Assembly: GCA_951406725.2 (NCBI GenBank) | Contig: OX597821.1 | Location: 806,001-870,000, forward strand | DNA length: 64,000 bases | Direction of reading: 5' to 3' | Source of the DNA: Octopus vulgaris | Taxonomy: Eukaryota | Part shown: one piece after another, positions 25,931 to 41,214 of the stretch | How positions within the stretch are numbered: the stretch's first letter is position 1 | Layout of the letters: every line of letters starts with the position of its first letter | Notes under the pieces: generated by a model | Seen by the model: only the letters and a program-made list of their open reading frames with translations | The model's database searches: none | What the model was told of the DNA's origin: nothing | Translations under genes and position numbers: made by a program

Positions 25931-26643
25931 CTCACAAGGTCAGCCCAGGGTTACTACAGAAAGCACCTGCTCTGGGTGCTGCACAGTGGGATTGAACCAG
26001 AGACAGGACGGTTGCGAAGCAAGATTTTTAACCACGATACCTTGTTTATAGTACCTGAAAGTGCTTCATCCTTGTTTTCACATGTCACAATTACACGTGG
26101 GCCATCATCGCTTTCACCTGTGCTTTGTCCTCCTCTTTTACACCTGATTCCTTTGTTCAAATGTCAAAAGTTCATACAGTAGCCGCATCTTAGCATCATA
26201 GTCAATGAAGACATTGTATAATTGCCAAAAACTATATGTTAGCTAGCAGTACTTACTGCACCCGACTTGTCCTGTCTTACAAAGACAAGACAATATTATT
26301 GCTAGTAGTAGTAGTAGCAGCAGCAGGAAGATAGATATGTGCCAAAAAATTGGTGCATCTAAGAAAAAGAAAAATGTTTTTTTTTTTTAACAATGGTGTC
26401 AGGGGAGAAAAAATCAGATAATCAAGGACAGAACTATTCAAATATTTTTCTTCATTAGTAAATGTATTGTCTACATTTCTGTCTTATTTCTCTCATAACA
26501 CTCGCATTTTATATTTATACATATTTACACATACACACACACACGTTTGTCTATTTATACATATGCAACAGACAACACAAAGATCTATGGACACAGAAAT
26601 ATATAAACAAATGTGTATAAACATTAGCTATATGTGTGTATGA

Positions 26644-26680
<37 letters not shown>

Positions 26681-26760
26681 ATTTGTGACAGACAGCCAAA
26701 TGTTTCACTTCTATCAGTATTGAAAATGTTTTCAAAAGTCATAGTTCAAATCTAAGATTC

Positions 26761-26809
<49 letters not shown>

Positions 26810-26810
26810 T

Positions 26811-26881
<71 letters not shown>

Positions 26882-26991
26882 CACACACGTGTTCATACAA
26901 TAAGTCTTTTATATAGCAAGTATGTATACAACACATGCACATACATAATCACTCCCAATATTTTTGTGGACAGAAAGAAATGCAAAAACAG

Positions 26992-27027
<36 letters not shown>

Positions 27028-27741
27028 ACTTAGTTGTGCCATTTATTTACTAATTTGTATATATATATATATATATATATATGTCTGTATGTGTGTGTAT
27101 GTATATAGATTGCCAGCCTCCTCTGGCCCCTTTGCCGGTGGCATGTAAAAAGCATCCACTACACTCACGGGGTGGTTGATGTTAGGAAGGGCATCCAGCT
27201 GTAGAAACACTGCCAGATCAGACTGGAGCCTGGTTGAACCATCCAACCCATGCTAACATGGAAAATGGACGTTAAATGATGATGATGATGATATATGTAT
27301 ATATATACACACACACACATATATATATATATATACATATATATATGTATACGTGTATATTTTTTTCTCCACACAAACATACATGAACTATTAGAACGGT
27401 ATGTCATCTTCATCATTGTATGATACTCAGCTCTTTTATAAGTTTGTATTTTCAGGTGCACTAAAGGACTCAATTCCAAAGGCAGAGTCAAACTAATATT
27501 TATAATCAATACTCAAAAACAGTGAATATCACTAAAACTTCAAAGTAAACAATGACCACATAAGAGTGCATCTTTTTGATGCAAGTTTCTTGAAGTGCCA
27601 CCCTAGTGTATAAAGCTGCAAATATTATGTTACTTTTCTCAAGGAACTTTTGAGTGCATGGATGTTAAAACAGAGGTACTGAAACAATTGTAAAGGGTCA
27701 TTAAAGATGTGCTAAGCTCTTCCTTTGTCTCCTTATTTGGA

Positions 27742-27812
<71 letters not shown>

Positions 27813-27861
27813 TATATGGTGAATGAATTATCCTATGTTTATCGCCAGCATGGAAAATTCG

Positions 27862-27900
<39 letters not shown>

Positions 27901-28511
27901 CAATACACAAACACCTATATATATATATGTGTGTGCATCTATATATATATATATATATTTTACACATCTATACACATATATTTATGTGTGTATGCACATA
28001 CACTTATAGGTCTCTCTCTCATATATCTATGTACATGTATATGTGTGTTCATATCTACGTGCATATGTGTGTGTGTGTGTTATAGCACGAGAGACAAATC
28101 AATAGCGACTACTCTTAAGAGCTTCCGTTTGTATAAAGCCATCAGCATGTGTTGACACACTGACATCAATCATTCTCCTCCAACATCACCAGACCAAACA
28201 CACACACACACACACACACACACGTACACACGAGTAGCCATTAGCGTATTGTGTGTTGTTTGAAACATCAATGGGACATAGCTGGTTATGTATCTCCGAC
28301 TTTGGGTACATATTGAACTTGTGTTCCCGTACATGTCGCTCACAAGTAACAAACATGTTTATCAGAACCATATTATGCCTGCAAACATATATATATATAT
28401 AGATATATATATATGTATGTATATATATATATACATACACACATATATATATATATATATATGTATATGTATATATATATGTATATATGTATATATATAT
28501 ATATATAAATG

Positions 28512-28900
28512 CTTTTACTTGTTCCAGTCATTTGACTGCGGCCATGCTGGATCACCGCCTTCAGTAGAGAAAATCAACCCCAGGACTTATTCTTTGTAAG
28601 CCTAGTACTTATTCTATCGGTGTCTTTTGCCGAACCGCTAAGTTACAGGGTCGTAAACACACCAGCATTGGTTGTCAAGCGATGTTGTGGGGAGGGGGGT
28701 GGGACAAATACAGACACACAAACACACACACATATTTATATACATATACATGTATACGACGGGCTTCTTTTCAGTTTCCGTCTACCAAATTTACTCACAA
28801 GACTCTGGTCGGCCCGAGGCTATAGTAGAAGATATTTGCCCAAAGTGCAACCATGTGGTTGGTAAGCAAGCTACTTATCACACAGCCACTCCTGCGCCTA
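28512..28900 (-). mobile_element. SINE family B, well conserved
   Basis: Matches 53466-53853 in reverse complement. Confidence 0.85.
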
Positions 28901-29622
28901 TATACATATATATACACACACACACACACATATAAACACACACACACACACATATACACAAACATACATACATACACACACACATATATATATATATACA
29001 CACACTATACACACACACACATATATATATACACACACATATATTCACACAAACACACACACACATATATATATATATATAGAGTCATGTTATTGATATT
29101 GTTGCTGGTGTTCTTGTGGTTTAGCCCCAAGTGTTAATCCTTGCTCCAACAGAACTATGATGAAAAGGGATTCTAATCATGTCCACACTGGTTTTTTCTT
29201 CCTTCTTAGGAATAATGTGCCTAGGGCTATATTAAAAGCATGCATGTGCATGCCCCTGTGGTCTCTATCAATTATGACAAGTGGCCAATTAAGCAAAAAT
29301 TAATACAAAGCATATATTTTTCCTTTAAATACAAATAGATTCCTCATAATAAGGTAAAATAAATGCTTCGTGCTGTCCTGGGACTCTAAAGTTTGACTTT
29401 AGAGTCCCATTACAGTGTGAGGCGTTTACTTGTAGTAATAGCCCTTAATACAGCTTGGCACCAGAGACGTCACAACTCATTTCTACAGCTGAGTGAACTG
29501 AAGCAACGTGAAATCAAGTGTCTTGCTCAAGAACACAACACGCAGCCCGGTCCGGTCCGGGAATCGAACTCACAACCTCACGATTGTAAGCTCTATGCTC
29601 TAACCATTGAGCCATGCGCCTT

Positions 29623-29727
<105 letters not shown>

Positions 29728-29820
29728 TCACTCTTGTGTGTATGTATGTATATGTGTATATATATATATATATTTTTATATATACACACTTTTCTGTGTG
29801 TGTGTATGTATGTATGTATG

Positions 29821-29871
<51 letters not shown>

Positions 29872-30774
29872 TCTTCTGTGTGTATATGTATGTATGTATG
29901 TATTAGACTAAAATACTAATTAGAGCTCACGGTTCTACTGAAATGGTGAATCCTATTTTTAAAGTAGTGTGTTATCAGCTGTTTTTAATTTGTTTTAAAA
30001 ACATCAACTTCAAGCACGTGTGTATGAGTGTGTGTATGAGTGTGTGTGTGCACACACATGCACAAAGATGAGCAGAGAGAGGGGCCAAAAAAAAACAAAA
30101 AAACAAAGGAAACAGAAAGATAGAGAGAAAAGTAGAAGCATAGTGGAGGGGAGATACAGACTAAAAGACACGTATATGAATCTGTATACACGCACACACG
30201 CGCACATCCACACAGCATGTGTGTATATAAGCTGACAAGACGACCGTGATGAATATTTGAAATGATTTTTCTTTGTTTCTCATAGATTTCAATTTAGTTC
30301 GCACCATGTTTTGGCACAAGTCGAAGCTGCCAGCATTGCTCAGCAATTCCATCTGTTAATATAGAATTGGAAACAAGAGACATATTGACCTGGTTCTTGG
30401 TACACTTCCAACCAAAAGAAGTTTTTACAGTTCATCAGCTGACCTGCTAAATGTCAAATCACAAGGAATATTTATGTCAGGAATTCGAATATGTTTCGCT
30501 ATCTGCTAACGAGTTCAACAGCCTTGAGTCATTGAGATAATTCTGGAGGAGGAAGGAGCGGAAAAAGAGACAAAGGGGAAAAATAAGAAGAGCAAATAGG
30601 AATGGATTATTGTAGATTTTCAAGGAATTGCTAAGTCCTCTAATCTCACATATGAGGATTGGTAGTGCTTGTATTCTTTCTTGTAGATAATTAAGATTCT
30701 TTATGTTTGTTTCACACAAAGAAAACTCAATTGAAGGATTATTACATTTCCTCTCTTTGGTTATCTTATAGACT

Positions 30775-31680
30775 GCCGTTACGTTGTGAGTTCAAATACC
30801 GCTGAGGTCAACTTTGCCTTTCATCCTTTCGGGGTCGATAAATTAAGTACCAGTTACGCACTGGGGTCGATATAATCGACTTAATACCTATGTCTGTCCA
30901 TGTTTGTCCCCTCTATGTTTAGCCCCTTGTGGGTAATAAAGAAATTGGTTATCTTATAGACTTACAGTGGCTTATAGTCATATAGTAGTGTGGTAAGAAG
31001 CCATGTGGTTGTTCACAACCACATGGTTCTGGGTTCAGTTCCACTGCATAGCACCTTGGGCAAGTGTCTTCTACTATAGCTTCGGGCTGACCAAAGTCTT
31101 GTAAGGAGATTTGGTAGATGGAAACTGAAAGAAGCCCATCATATGTATGTGTGTGTGTGTGTGTGTGTGTGTATTTATTTGTGTGTGTGCCTTTGCATCT
31201 GTGTTTGTCCTCCCATCACCACTTGATGACTGGTGTTGGTGTGTTTACGTCCTTTTAACTTAGTGATTCAGCAAACTTGACTGATAGAATATGTACTAGG
31301 CTTTACAAAAATAAGTCCTGGGGTTCATTTGTTTGACTAAAACCCTTTGAGGCAGGGCTCCAACATGGCCACAGTCAAATGAGTGAAACAAGTAAAAGAA
31401 TAAAAGAAATGATTCCTTGACCCTTTCAATAGCAACCCACCTGGGACCACCCTTGATCCTATGATACAAGCTAAAAACACCAGTCTAATAACTCTTTCTG
31501 TTGTAGGCACAGAAATTTTGGGGGTGGGGACCAGCCGATTATATTGATCCCAGTGTGTAACTGGTCCTTATTTCATTAACCCCAAAAAGATGAAAAGCAA
31601 AGTTGACCTTGGCAGAATTCAAACTGCTGCTAGGCATTTTGCCTGGCATGCCAATGATTCTACCTGCTCACCACCTTAAG
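30775..31680. mobile_element. SINE cluster: Meta-domain SINE (+, ~30775-30945), family B (+, ~30985-31408), family A (-, ~31492-31680)
   Basis: GCCTTTCATCCTTTCGGGGTCGATAAATTAAGTACCAG (Meta-like domain), CACCTTGGGCAAGTGTCTT and family A reverse motifs. Confidence 0.8.
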
Positions 31681-32833
31681 CACCAGCTTAATAATGACAA
31701 AATTATTTAATTAAATTCTTTGTTAATTTCAAAATTAATTGAAACAAAAGGCAGAATATTTCAACAGAAATATGGTAAAAAAAAGGTCATGGCAGAACCA
31801 GAATGCCTGTTTTTAAAATAGGGGTAGAGAGCACATCCAAGACTACATCACTCCCTAACGATTGTCAGTACAAAATTTACAAGAAAGGAATTAGTTGGTT
31901 TGAGGCTGTAGTAGAAGAGAATTGCCCAAGGTGCTGTACCATGGGACTGAACCTGAAGCAATGTGGTTGTTGAGTGAGCTTTTTAACCACACATCTATGT
32001 CTGCACACTCATACACACCTTTTACTTGTTTCAGTTGTTGGACTGTGGCCATTCTGGAGCAATACTTTGAAGGGATTTATTGAAAAAATTGACCCCAGTA
32101 CATATTTTTTTTATTTTTAAGTCTTGTGTTTATTCTATTGGCCCCTTTTTTCCCCAAACTGCTTAGTTACAGGGGATGTAAACAAACCAATACTGGTTGT
32201 CAAGCAATGGTCAAATAGACAAACACATGCACACATTGATAAACATGTATACATACATATACATGTATGTATATCTCTATGTATACGTACATATACAAAC
32301 ATGCACATGTACACAAAGAGCTTCTTTCAGTTTCCTTCTACTAGATCCACTCACAAGGTTTTGATCAGCCTGGGGCTATAGTAGCTGTAGTACAAAACAC
32401 TTGCCCAGGCTGCCATGCAATGGGATTGAACACAGAACCATGTGGTTGTAAAGGAACTTCTTACCACTCAACCAGGCCACACAAGGAAAGACAAAATGAG
32501 ATGTCATATGATTTATGAGACATAACAAGAATTATGATTTACAATACAAGTTAGAGGCAACAATAGAGAAGCATTCTGTACTTACTAACATGAAAAAATT
32601 AATAAAAAGAAAATACTATCCAAAGGAGAAAAAAAAACCAGATAATGTTGCTGCAATGATGGTGAATTATTCTTCATTGAAATTCAATGAAAACACCAAA
32701 TAATAATAATTTCTTGAATTTTTATTTTAGTTTATTAATAAAACAGCATGGGGCACGAGAGTTTGGTAAACATTTATTGTATTATTGGTTTGTTTTGACT
32801 AGGTATATAAAAGTGTGTAGTAGGGGAGAGAGA

Positions 32834-32868
<35 letters not shown>

Positions 32869-33026
32869 TATGTGAGTTTGGAATGATATATTATCCTGGC
32901 AGATACCGTATTAGCTCTCATTTAAGTTCCACTTAACGGCTAACCACAACGATCAGTATCTAATGTCTGTGAATACAATTAGTTGTTAGTCACTCCGTGA
33001 ATTCTTCCAATGGGTAATTCTATGTG

Positions 33027-33079
<53 letters not shown>

Positions 33080-33329
33080 TTATTATATATATTACATGGC
33101 TCATACAATCCTCCTAATACAGGAGAGCTGATAAAGGAACTTTATAGATCTAAGATTGCCCTAGCTATCAAGAGAACAAACCCTCACCTAACTGCTGTCT
33201 GCAGTTTGTAAAAGCAATGTAGCCAACTGTAATTTGTGAGATGTGTCATTTGTTTGTATAAAACAATTAAATTGAATTGATTTTATAATTGTTCGTCCAA
33301 ATTTCTGGTGGTTGTACCTGCTTATGTTG

Positions 33330-33655
33330 TGAAGGTGCATGGTTCAGTGGTTAGAGCATTGCACTCATAATCACGAGGAAGTGAGTTTGATTCCCGGACC
33401 GGGTTGTGTGTTGTACTCTTGAGCAAGACACTTTATTTCACATTGTTCCAATTCACTCAGCTGCAGAAATAAGTTGTGACGTCACTGGTGCCAAACTGTA
33501 TCGGCCCCTTTGCCTTTCCCTTGGACAACATCAGTGGTGTGAAGGGGAGAGGCTGGTATGCATGGGCAACTGTTGGTCTTGCCTGGACATCTGTCTCAGA
33601 GGGGTACTTTTTAGGTGCAATCACGTGGTCATTCATGACCAAAGGGAATCTTTAT
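33330..33655 (+). mobile_element. Full-length SINE family C
   Basis: Head TGGTTCAGTGGTTAGAGC...GAGTTTGATTCCC, TTGAGCAAGACACTTT, GACGTCACTGGTGCC. Other copies at 29450-29625(-) and 61954-62180(+). Confidence 0.8.
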
Positions 33656-34241
33656 TTTACTTTTTACTTGCTTATGTTAAAAACAATTATTATTATGGTA
33701 TAAGGGACAAGAAAAAAAGAAAAAAAGTATAGATTGGTTTTTCCGATTCCTTCTTATATGGCGATTATTAATACAACAATTCTTCTCCACACACAACCTT
33801 TCCAATATGTTTTTCTTCTTGCATCTCTCCCCATCACCTTCTACTAGAAATCTAAAGATATTGCAAGTGAGAGGAATCGGCAGTCTTAAAACCCACGACC
33901 ACCACCACCACACCAACCAGATGTTCTATAATTGCTACATTTATCTCCATAAACAATCTCTATCCAATATTAAACTAAACCAATTGCTACATTACATCCC
34001 GGTCCCTTTGCTTCTCCACCCATCGATCTGCTATCGGTCAATTTGATCTCATGACCTCCCCATTTGTACTTAAATACACTTAACACCATTTTTCAAATAT
34101 AGACGGTGCTCCACTGGACTACTTTTACTCATGCATCTTGCTTGATTGATACAGAAAGATACCCAGTACCTCCCCCCCCTCCACCACCACAACCATCACA
34201 TACATTTTCCTTTTATTTCTTTCTGCCATCATCTAACACAC

Positions 34242-34290
<49 letters not shown>

Positions 34291-34759
34291 CCCCCATCCA
34301 ACAACCTACCCTCAAACAAATACCTTTAACCATGATACATTTAACACAGTGTATGCATGTGTGTGTTTGTGTGTATGTATATGTGTGTGTATTTGTGTTT
34401 CTGTGTATATATGTGTGTGTATTTGCATGTATATATATATCTGTGTATATGTGTTTGTCTGTGTATATATATATGCACATATATATGCCTATACAAATGC
34501 ACACATGTTTGTATATATGTGTGTACATGCATGTATGTATATATACATACATATATATATATATATATATACATCTATATATGTATTTACATGTACCTAT
34601 GTTTACAACTGTATATATATGCAAAACAACATAATAGCATACACAAATATATATATATATATATATATACACACAACTACACATGTTATGAGCACACACA
34701 TTTGCAAGTATATATTTACCCAACTTTATAAATACATTCACAAGTGTGTGTGTGTGTGC

Positions 34760-34804
<45 letters not shown>

Positions 34805-34984
34805 TACATTCATACATATATACACGCACACTACTATACACACTTGAATTCACAGATCAATATATATGTATACGGAATGAACAATGACTTATACACTCAG
34901 GAAGCACCACAAGGACTATAGAAAATATACCCTCACCCCACCCTACCTGAATCACAACAACTACAGACAACAATAAGAATAACA

Positions 34985-35091
34985 ACAACTACTTTGGAAC
35001 CAACCTTATCATTGAATCACTACCACCACGACCACCACCACTGCCATTGCTGCTTGTAATAGTATTGATAATAATAGTAATAATGGTGATG

Positions 35092-35127
<36 letters not shown>

Positions 35128-35779
35128 GTGATGATAGTTTCCACACAATTACCATGACAATATCTCCCAACCATTAATACTACAACAGCAACATCTCTAT
35201 CAGTACCTCCATAACCACCACCACTACCATTATCATCATCATTACAAAAGCAATTACAACCACAACAACTATAACTCCCACCACCAACACCATCACCATA
35301 ATTTCCACTATGTCTACACTACCACCACTACCACTACAATTACCACTGACGCTATCACTTCTTCAACCATCACCACTACCTTCATCATCTACATCGCAAC
35401 CACCACTACCGTCAAACTGCTGCCACCACCAGCATCATCGTTATCTTTATGACCACCACTAGTACTATCACCTCTACAACAATTGTCATTTTCATTACGG
35501 TGAGCACCATCATTCTCTGTCTCCAACCGACGCCATCATCAGAACCACCACCACCACCACCACCACCACCACCACCACCCTAGACATCAATGGTATGGCA
35601 ATAAGTAAACCATAGCCAAGAGCAGATAACAAACAAACATGTATTCTTGGAGAGTAAGAAATCAATGGAATGGTAAGATATATCTAGAAATGTAACAAAC
35701 CATCCCCCACCCCCCAAAACATATATGTGTGTGTGTGTGTGTGTGATATATATCAGATATAGAACTAGTGAAGAATGGA

Positions 35780-35827
<48 letters not shown>

Positions 35828-35828
35828 G

Positions 35829-35859
<31 letters not shown>

Positions 35860-36960
35860 GAATACTACCAAGTAATAACATACATATCTGTGTCATGTGT
35901 ATACTTTGTACTTGGTGCTTGTCATATGTGTGTGTGTGTATTTATATATATGTATATATATATGCTCTCACATCTACATGTCTGGTGCATACACACACAC
36001 ATGTACATACACACAAACAAATATATACACATGACCACAGACACACATATACATACACACACACACACACAAACACACACATATATACATACGCATGCTC
36101 ATATATATATATACACTCACACATATACATACACACACATAAGCACACATGCATCTATTTATGTGGCACACACACACACACACACATGCATACACGTACA
36201 AACATATCTATATGTACATATCTACACACACATACACCTATATACACACACACATATACAAACACAGACACACTGACACACGAATGTATTATAATAGGAA
36301 ATGGCTACACTGCACTTTGTAAGAAGCTTCTAGTGGAAATGATAATGGATTATTGGCGGTGGCCATGGGGGCGGATGGGGTTGTTGTTGTTGTTGGTGGT
36401 GGTTATAGTGGGGGAGGGGAATTGTGATGTGGGTGATAACTGTGTTGAGAAGGTTGTAGTAGTAGTAGTGGTGGTGGTGGTGGTGGTGGTGGTGGTGGTG
36501 GTTTCACAGAGGTAATATTGATATTTTAATTTCTGGTGATAATAATATTGGTATTGGTGCTTATAATGGTAGTAGTAGTAGTAGCAGTAGTGGTGGTGGT
36601 AGTTTAATAATATTAGTAATGGTTGGGGTAGTGTTGGTGGTGGTGGCAGTGTCAGTGGTGGTGGTGGTAGTGGTAGTGTTGGTGGTGGTGGTGATGGTGG
36701 TGGTGATGGTGGTAGTAGTGTTGGTGGTGGTGTATTGATAGTAATGGTGCTGGTGATAGTATCGCTAGTAGTAGTACTGGTAATAACGATGGTGGTAGTG
36801 TTGCAGTAGAGGTGCTCGTAGTGGTGGTGGTGGTGGTGGTGGTAGTGGTGATTGTTTGATGTTAAATGTGACACCAGATGACGGTAAATAACAACTCGGT
36901 ATATGATGTTGGTGGTGGTGGTCATGGCGAAAGTAGTGCTTGTGATGGTGGTAACTACAG
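34985..36960. repeat. Low-complexity (CAC/CAT/TAG/GGT)n and (CA/TA)n tracts
   Basis: Trinucleotide-like degenerate repeats: (ACC)n-rich at 35000-35580 and (GGT)n-rich at 36350-36960. Confidence 0.85.
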
Positions 36961-37311
36961 GTGGGGGAGGAGGAAAAATCAGAGTGGTAACCAACTATGT
37001 GCAGTAGCAACAACAACCACAACAACGCCACTACAGATACTACAAATACAAGTGCTGGAGGTAAACCGATATGTATGGTCTTTAAACAATGTCATTTATT
37101 TTGCCAAACAGGCATTGCTCGTGGGGGACACAATCCTCGATTCAATCTTTGTATAGTTGCTTAGCACACACACACACACACACACACACACATGCATGTG
37201 TGTACTTGTGCACAGAACAGTCAGTTCCTTCTGAAATGCATTATGAGTGAAGAAGTGAAGAGGGAAGCCATCAAACTAAAAATGGTGGCATAGTCAGCTA
37301 CGGATTAAGAT

Positions 37312-37707
37312 ACGGGAGTGGCTGTGTGGTAGTAGCTCACTTACCAACCACATGGTTCTGGTTTCCTTCCCACTGTGTGGCACCTCGGGCAAGTGTCTTC
37401 TTCTGTAACCTCGGGCCAACCAAAGTCTTGTGAGTGGATTTGGTAGATGGAAACTGAAAGAAGCCCATCATATACATATATATATATATATATATGTGTG
37501 TTTGTGTGTCTGTGTTTGTCCTCTTCCCCATCACTTGACAACTGATGTTGGTGTGTTTGTGTCCTATAACTTAGCAGTTCGGCAAAAGAGACTGATAAAA
37601 TAAGTACGAGGCTTATAAAGAATAAGTCCTGGGGTTGATTTGCTCGACTAAAGGCAGTGCTCTAGCATGGCCACAGTCAAATGACTGAAACAAATAAGAG
37701 TAAAAGA

Positions 37708-37708
<1 letters not shown>
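37312..37708 (+). mobile_element. Full-length SINE family B
   Basis: Head, CORE-like motif, internal (TA)n and the tail AATGACTGAAACAAATAAGAGTAAAAGAG. Confidence 0.85.
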
Positions 37709-37775
<67 letters not shown>

Positions 37776-39121
37776 ATGTATCTTCTTTTTTTCCTAGGAA
37801 AACGAAATTTGTTGTGTTGGTGTCATTCCTACCCCTCTCCACCCCTAATCCTTTCTTTTGGTGTGGTTGTGTGGTTAAATAAGTTTGACTTTTGGCACCA
37901 AGGGGTTTCAGGTTCTGTCCCCAGTTTGGCATCTTCAGCAAGTGTCTTTCAGCATTGTTTTTATTATAAGGTAAAACAATGCCTTATAATAAAGGTATAA
38001 CATTATCATGCATTATTATAAGGTGTAACAATCCTTTCTATTAAAGGCACAAGGCCTGGAATTTTGGGGGAAAGAGCTAGTCGGTTACATTGACCCCAGT
38101 GTTTCACTGGCACTTAATTCATCAACCCCCAGAAGGATGAAAGGCAAAGATGACCACAAATCACACTTAACTACATAGGATAATGAAACCCCTAATATAC
38201 AAAAAACAAAAAGAGGCTGACCAACCTAGACCTCGAACCAAACAGATGACCCACGTGATTGGAGGATCATTCATCAGTTTTGTTGATGAGCATTCAGGTG
38301 TTTAATCAACTGAGTTACCTCTTTATTAAATTATCATGTATGTGGCTGAATATTCCACAGACATGGATACCTGTAATGTATCAAGTCTTAAGCAGAATCT
38401 GCGTAAAACATAGTCACTCGAGTCCACTGTAAAAATAAGACTTTAGTTCTATTTTTCGAAACTAAATTTTATTGTTCACAAACCAAAGTTAGAAAAAAAA
38501 AAAAAAAAAAAAATTAGTAGGCAATATCACATCAATCTAATACTAAACTTCAAAGACTGTTTATCTGTTTCTGTGTTCTCTGACTTTTAAGAGTTCTGGT
38601 CTATTTTATCATTCCTAAATTTTATTGTTCTCTAACTGAAGACATAATAAAAAACAAACAAAAGATATTTTTTGTAGGCAACTTCATGTCATTATGATAC
38701 CAAAATTCAAAGACTGTTTATCTGTTTGTGTTCTCAGATTTTACCAAAAACAGTGGCTTTTATTCAATAAGGTTAGCAAGCTGGATGCAAAGAAGCCTTA
38801 ATCCTTTAATCTTTAAACCAGCTATATCCAGCCCAAATATTCTACCTGTTCTGACATTCAAACTGACCATGTGTAGCTTCTCACACCTACCCTACAATGC
38901 CATTCTAAAATAAACCACTTCATGGAAACCTCAAAACTATTAGATAATGCTTAATTAATACAACATATTTTTGAGATATAAAGCTCTTAGATAATGCTTG
39001 ATTAATACAAAACAATATGAATATATAAGCTTTACATTTGACAGAGTAACGTGAACACTAAAAGTGTTAAGCGGTAGTTTGCCAACACTTGTTCTGGGAT
39101 ACATAATTGACAAGAAATCTA

Positions 39122-39632
39122 TGATAATAAATGTGAAATTCTGTCTGTCCGGGACCCCTGTATCTCAGTCTACATTTACTCTACATAGACATTCTATACT
39201 TTTTGGAATCAGGATTATTCTGGGATTGGAAATTTGCCCTTCATTTGGTTCTTGAACATCCAGCATTGGAATCTGGTTTAAAAACATTTGGATTGTTATT
39301 TCTAGCAGGTAAAACTTGGCTGATTCACGCCATCTTGGTTGGCGTTTGTCAGATGATGTCTGAGATCAAGACATTTGCTTTGCGAATTTTATGTCGAGAT
39401 AAGAAATTCAGGATAAATTGGCCAACAACTGGAATTCAACTTGGGACTGGAACAATAGAATGATTGCATTGCAGAATTGATTCTCATCTGTCCTTCACCT
39501 CTGATCAAACACCACCAGGGGCATATAGTCATTATAGATGTTTTATAGTCATGATATTTAGCTCTCCTTAGTTTGGGGCCACAGGCCCAATTAGCCCTCT
39601 GCAGGCGCTAGCTTAAACGTCTGCACAGTGTG
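39122..39632. repeat. Unclassified ~510-bp dispersed repeat, copy 1
   Basis: Alignable by eye with the reverse complement of 48427-48950, e.g. GGATAAATTGGCCAACA.TGGAATTCAACTT.GGACTGGAACAATAGAATGATTGCATT. Confidence 0.85.
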
Positions 39633-39649
39633 TGGATTTTAAGCAAGTA

Positions 39650-39731
39650 TGTTGTTTGGTTGGAAGGTACGTGTGTCTGGGGGTGGGGGTTGCATTGATG
39701 TGCATCAAAGAAGAAAATAAGAAAATAATGC

Positions 39732-39792
<61 letters not shown>

Positions 39793-41099
39793 GGTTTAAT
39801 TGTTTATGTGTGTGTTCATTAGTTTGGTTAAGTCATCAATACCAAGTCTTTGCTGGAGCAATGCCTTCTGTGTAAATATACATACATACATACATGTATA
39901 TGTATGTATATTTATATATGCATTTGTCTCCGCACATCTGTGTAGGTATACATACACATATGCACACACATACACATGGTTAAATGTCTGAAATGAATCA
40001 ATAAGCTTCTAACTTCTTTCCAGTTACTAATTAAATTTATCTGTTGACACAAAAATAATATTTTAAATATTTACACCTACCCTGTGTTTTGAATGGTTTG
40101 ATCTCAGATCATCTCTATTATCAAGTGTCTCATTCTTAGAGAGGTACATACTATCAAGCTAATCCAGGATTATTTAGAGAATTCCGTTCAACTTTTAGAA
40201 ATCTAAGCCTCAGCTTCTCTTGCCTAGCTTATCACTGCTGGTTGTAGATATATCTGTCCAATGTGGCTAATTTAGTGTGGATCAGATAACATGCTCCAGT
40301 GATTAATGAGAACCCCTGATCTTCAGTACCAGGGTGAATTTTGAACTCAGAGCAAGTGCATACTGGTACAAACATACATTCGTGTGTGTGTGTGTGTGTA
40401 TATAATAATCAAAGTGTACAATATTACCAATCGATTTTGCACTAGGGGTCCAATGGAGTGTTAGGTAACAGCCCGATTGCGTAACCCTGCACTCATCAGA
40501 GTGGAATGAAATATAGTTGTTAGGAAGGGTATTCAGCTATACAAACCATGCCAAAACTGACGTTGGATTTTGAGGTAGACATGGTTTGTTGAATCCAGTC
40601 AAACTCTCTGACCCATGTCAGCATGGAAAATGGATGTTAACTGGCGATTGCCGTGTAAAAAGCATCTGTGCTGGTGCCACATAAAAACACGTGTAAAAAG
40701 TACCAAGTACACTGTAAAGTACTTGGTGTTAGGAAGGACATCCAGCCATAGAAGCCATGCCAAAACAGACAATTGGAGCATAGCATTGCTCTCTGACTGG
40801 CCAGCTTCTGATGAATCATCCAACTCATGCCAGCATGGAAAATGGATGTTAAACAAGGATAATGATGATGATGTAATATGGAATAAATACCAAAAATTTT
40901 TCAGGTTTCTGTTTTAATATGTGTGTGTATGTGTGTGCATATGTGTATGTATACCTACACAGACGTGCAGAGACAAATGCATATATAAATATACATACAT
41001 ATACATGTATGTATATTTACACAGAAGGCATTGCTCCAGCAAAGACTTGGTATTGATGACTTAACCAAACTAACGAACACACACATAAACAATTAAACC

Positions 41100-41131
<32 letters not shown>

Positions 41132-41214
41132 AGCATTATTTTCTTATTTTCTTCTTTGATGCACATCAATGCAGCCCCCACCCCCAGACACACGTACCTT
41201 CCAACCAAACAACA
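39650..41214. repeat. Near-perfect long inverted repeat (arms 39650-39976 and 40924-41214, spacer ~950 bp)
   Basis: The arms are reverse complements, differing by only a few substitutions and microsatellite length. Confidence 0.95.

Noticed and set aside
38440-38745. ~157-bp tandem duplication; also short duplications at 59930-59980 and 60680-60725
   Set aside because: Ordinary local slippage duplications with no sign of function.
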